Shown piece after piece: positions 62,431-64,000 of a DNA stretch of 64,000 bases. This DNA is from Thermoplasmatota archaeon (lineage in GTDB: Archaea; Thermoplasmatota; Penumbrarchaeia; JANQNL01). The notes beneath the pieces were generated by a model that ran no database searches, was not told the DNA's origin, and was given only the letters and a program-made list of their open reading frames with translations. Each line of letters starts with the position of its first letter. Within the stretch, counting starts at the first letter, position 1. The stretch is from the NCBI GenBank assembly GCA_028279585.1, contig JANQNL010000166.1:27-64026 (forward strand), written 5' to 3'. The translations under genes were made by a program, and so were the position numbers.

Positions 62431-64000
62431 TTACTCCATGCCAGGCATTCCGCCCATGCCGTCCATACCTGGAGGCATGCCACCGCCACCGCCACCGCCC
62501 TTGGAGGCGATGACGTCATCGATCCTGAGGATCATGATCGCGGTGTCCGTTGCGGACTGAATGGCCTGGTAACCGACACGGATAGGCTCGACGACGTGGA
62601 GGTCCTTCATGTTCATGATGTTCCCATCCATGACATTGAGGCCTGCATAGATCTGTCCGTCTGCGTGAGCCTTCCTGAGGTCGATGAGGGCGTTGATGGA
62701 GTCGAGTCCAGCGTTCTCGGCAAGCGTCCTTGGGATGATCTCCATGGCCGCTGCGAAGGCCTCTATGGCCAGTTGCTCCCTTCCACCGATGGTGTTACCG
62801 TAGTTGCGAAGCTCCCTTGCTATCTCCATGGCTGCAGAGCCGCCGCCGATGACGATCTTGCCGTCCTCGAGGGCAACACCGATGACACCAAGTGCATCGT
62901 GGAGGTTCCTCTCCAGCTCGTCGACCACATGCTCTGTCCCACCGCGGATGAACACGGTCTTGGACTTTGCGTTGGTGCAGCCGGTGATGAAGGTCATCTC
63001 GTCACCGGAGATCTTCTGCTCGGCAACGGTGCCTGCGGTACCAAGGTCCTCTGCGGAGAGCTCGGACAGGTTCGTTGCGATCCTTGCGCCAGTTGCCTTT
63101 GCAAGCTTCTCCATGTCAGACTTCTTTGCCCTGCGGATAGCGTAGATGCCAGCCTTGGAAAGGAAGTGCTGGACCAGGTCGTCGATGCCCTTCTGGCAGA
63201 TGACGACGTTTGCACCGGAGGCCTTGATGGTCTCGACCTTCTGCTTCAGCATCTTCTCTTCCTCATCGAGGAAGGCCTGGAGCTGTGTGGGGTCGTTGAT
63301 CTCTATCTTTGCGTCCACCTCGGTCTTCTGGACCTCGAGGGCGGAGTTGATGAGAGCGATCTTGGCATCCTTTATCTCGAGTGGCATGCCGGAGTGCACG
63401 CGCTCCTTGTCCAGGACCACGCCATCGATGAGGTTGGTATCACCGATGGCACCGCCCTGCTTCTTCTCGATCTTGAGGTTGTCCAGGTCGACAGTGATCT
63501 TACCGTTGCGCTCCTCGTATATGGAGAGGATGGCATCGACGGAGACGTCTGCGAGGTGGTCCTTGATAGCGTCGGAAGACTTGCCGGTCATGGCTGTCCT
63601 GGCTATCTTGAGTAGGATCTCCCTGTCGTTGGTGGTCACAGGAGCGGAGATGCCGTCCAGGACCTCGGTGGCCTTGTTGGCGGCCATCCTGAAGCCATCG
63701 GAGATGATGGTAGGATGTACGTTCTGCTCGATGAGCTCCTCGGAGCGCTTGAGCAGTTCTCCGGCGATGATGACCGCGGAGGTCGTTCCGTCCTTGCACT
63801 CTTCGTCCTGTGTCTTGGCTGCCTCGATGATCATCTTGGCTGCTGGGTGTGTCACGTCGAGCTCCTTGAGGATGGTCACGCCGTCGTTCGTGATGGTCAC
63901 GTCTCCCATGGAGTCCACCATCATCTTGTCCATTCCCTTTGGTCCGAGGGTCGTCCTGACAGCATCGGCGATGGCCTTTGCGGCTGCGATGTTGTTGAAC
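62431..64000 (-). CDS. ths: thermosome subunit (group II chaperonin), 5'-truncated by the window end
   Basis: The reading frame continues upstream of the listed Met to the window edge (...[44 protein letters not shown]). Motifs are [14 protein letters not shown] and VHPT. The C-terminal tail is [22 protein letters not shown]. Confidence 0.95.
   Translation of the reverse strand, partial: FNNIAAAKAIADAVRTTLGPKGMDKMMVDSMGDVTITNDGVTILKELDVTHPAAKMIIEAAKTQDEECKDGTTSAVIIAGELLKRSEELIEQNVHPTIISDGFRMAANKATEVLDGISAPVTTNDREILLKIARTAMTGKSSDAIKDHLADVSVDAILSIYEERNGKITVDLDNLKIEKKQGGAIGDTNLIDGVVLDKERVHSGMPLEIKDAKIALINSALEVQKTEVDAKIEINDPTQLQAFLDEEEKMLKQKVETIKASGANVVICQKGIDDLVQHFLSKAGIYAIRRAKKSDMEKLAKATGARIATNLSELSAEDLGTAGTVAEQKISGDEMTFITGCTNAKSKTVFIRGGTEHVVDELERNLHDALGVIGVALEDGKIVIGGGSAAMEIARELRNYGNTIGGREQLAIEAFAAAMEIIPRTLAENAGLDSINALIDLRKAHADGQIYAGLNVMDGNIMNMKDLHVVEPIRVGYQAIQSATDTAIMILRIDDVIASKGGGGGGGMPPGMDGMGGMPGME

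Noticed and set aside
62596-63615. A 339-aa plus-strand ORF
   Set aside because: It is antisense to the unmistakable thermosome gene. Its L/V/D/G-rich translation has no motifs.
1-64000. Search for tRNA, rRNA, CRISPR arrays, IS elements, integrases and prophage genes in all spacers (807-955, 5039-5376, 17081-17562, 42602-42810, 46201-46458, 52626-52861, 57602-57758, 60909-60997, 62126-62430)
   Set aside because: I saw no cloverleaf-compatible sequence, repeat-spacer array, transposase/integrase motif or terminal-inverted-repeat-bounded coding element by eye. tRNAscan or Infernal would be needed to be definitive.

Overview
The window reads as an archaeal chromosomal segment. Evidence: a group II chaperonin (thermosome), a RaSEA-type radical-SAM protein, a SAMP-like Gly-Gly ubiquitin-fold protein, AT-rich TATA-like boxes in otherwise GC-rich DNA, GGAGG-type ribosome-binding motifs, and a strongly acidic proteome. 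I call 31 CDS and find no rRNA, tRNA, CRISPR array, transposase or integrase. About 40 of the 64 kb encode nine very large proteins of 796-2366 aa. They are rich in N-x-S/T sequons. Most share one architecture: signal peptide or signal anchor, huge ectodomain, a single C-terminal TM helix, then a basic stop-transfer and a long low-complexity cytoplasmic tail. Tails are Lys-rich, Pro/Glu-rich and/or carry zinc ribbons. The centrepiece is a roughly 24-kb co-directional, tightly packed and partly overlapping gene string (17563-41558). It holds a 2014-aa protein with four tandem DUF4350/ThuA-like supermodules, an FG-GAP beta-propeller protein, a thrombospondin-type-3 (TSP3) repeat protein and a 2056-aa transglutaminase-core/DUF4129 protein with a hyper-acidic DDDNDG array. 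These are followed by DUF4350-like, MoxR AAA+, DUF58, a polytopic membrane protein and a CAP/SCP lipoprotein. In effect it is a greatly expanded MoxR-DUF58-transglutaminase system. A G-run-rich sequence of about 80-190 nt recurs five times: in two gene 3' ends, at one gene junction, in one intergenic region and at the window edge. Three giant proteins share a homologous Lys-rich tail end. Two surface proteins on opposite strands share a tandem membrane-proximal domain that I do not recognise. The flanks are housekeeping: HAD hydrolase, AMMECR1, pyrC, an RHH-cysD-cysN-NPP operon, an OPT transporter, tgt and the thermosome. All domain calls come from motif recognition by eye; no searches were run.
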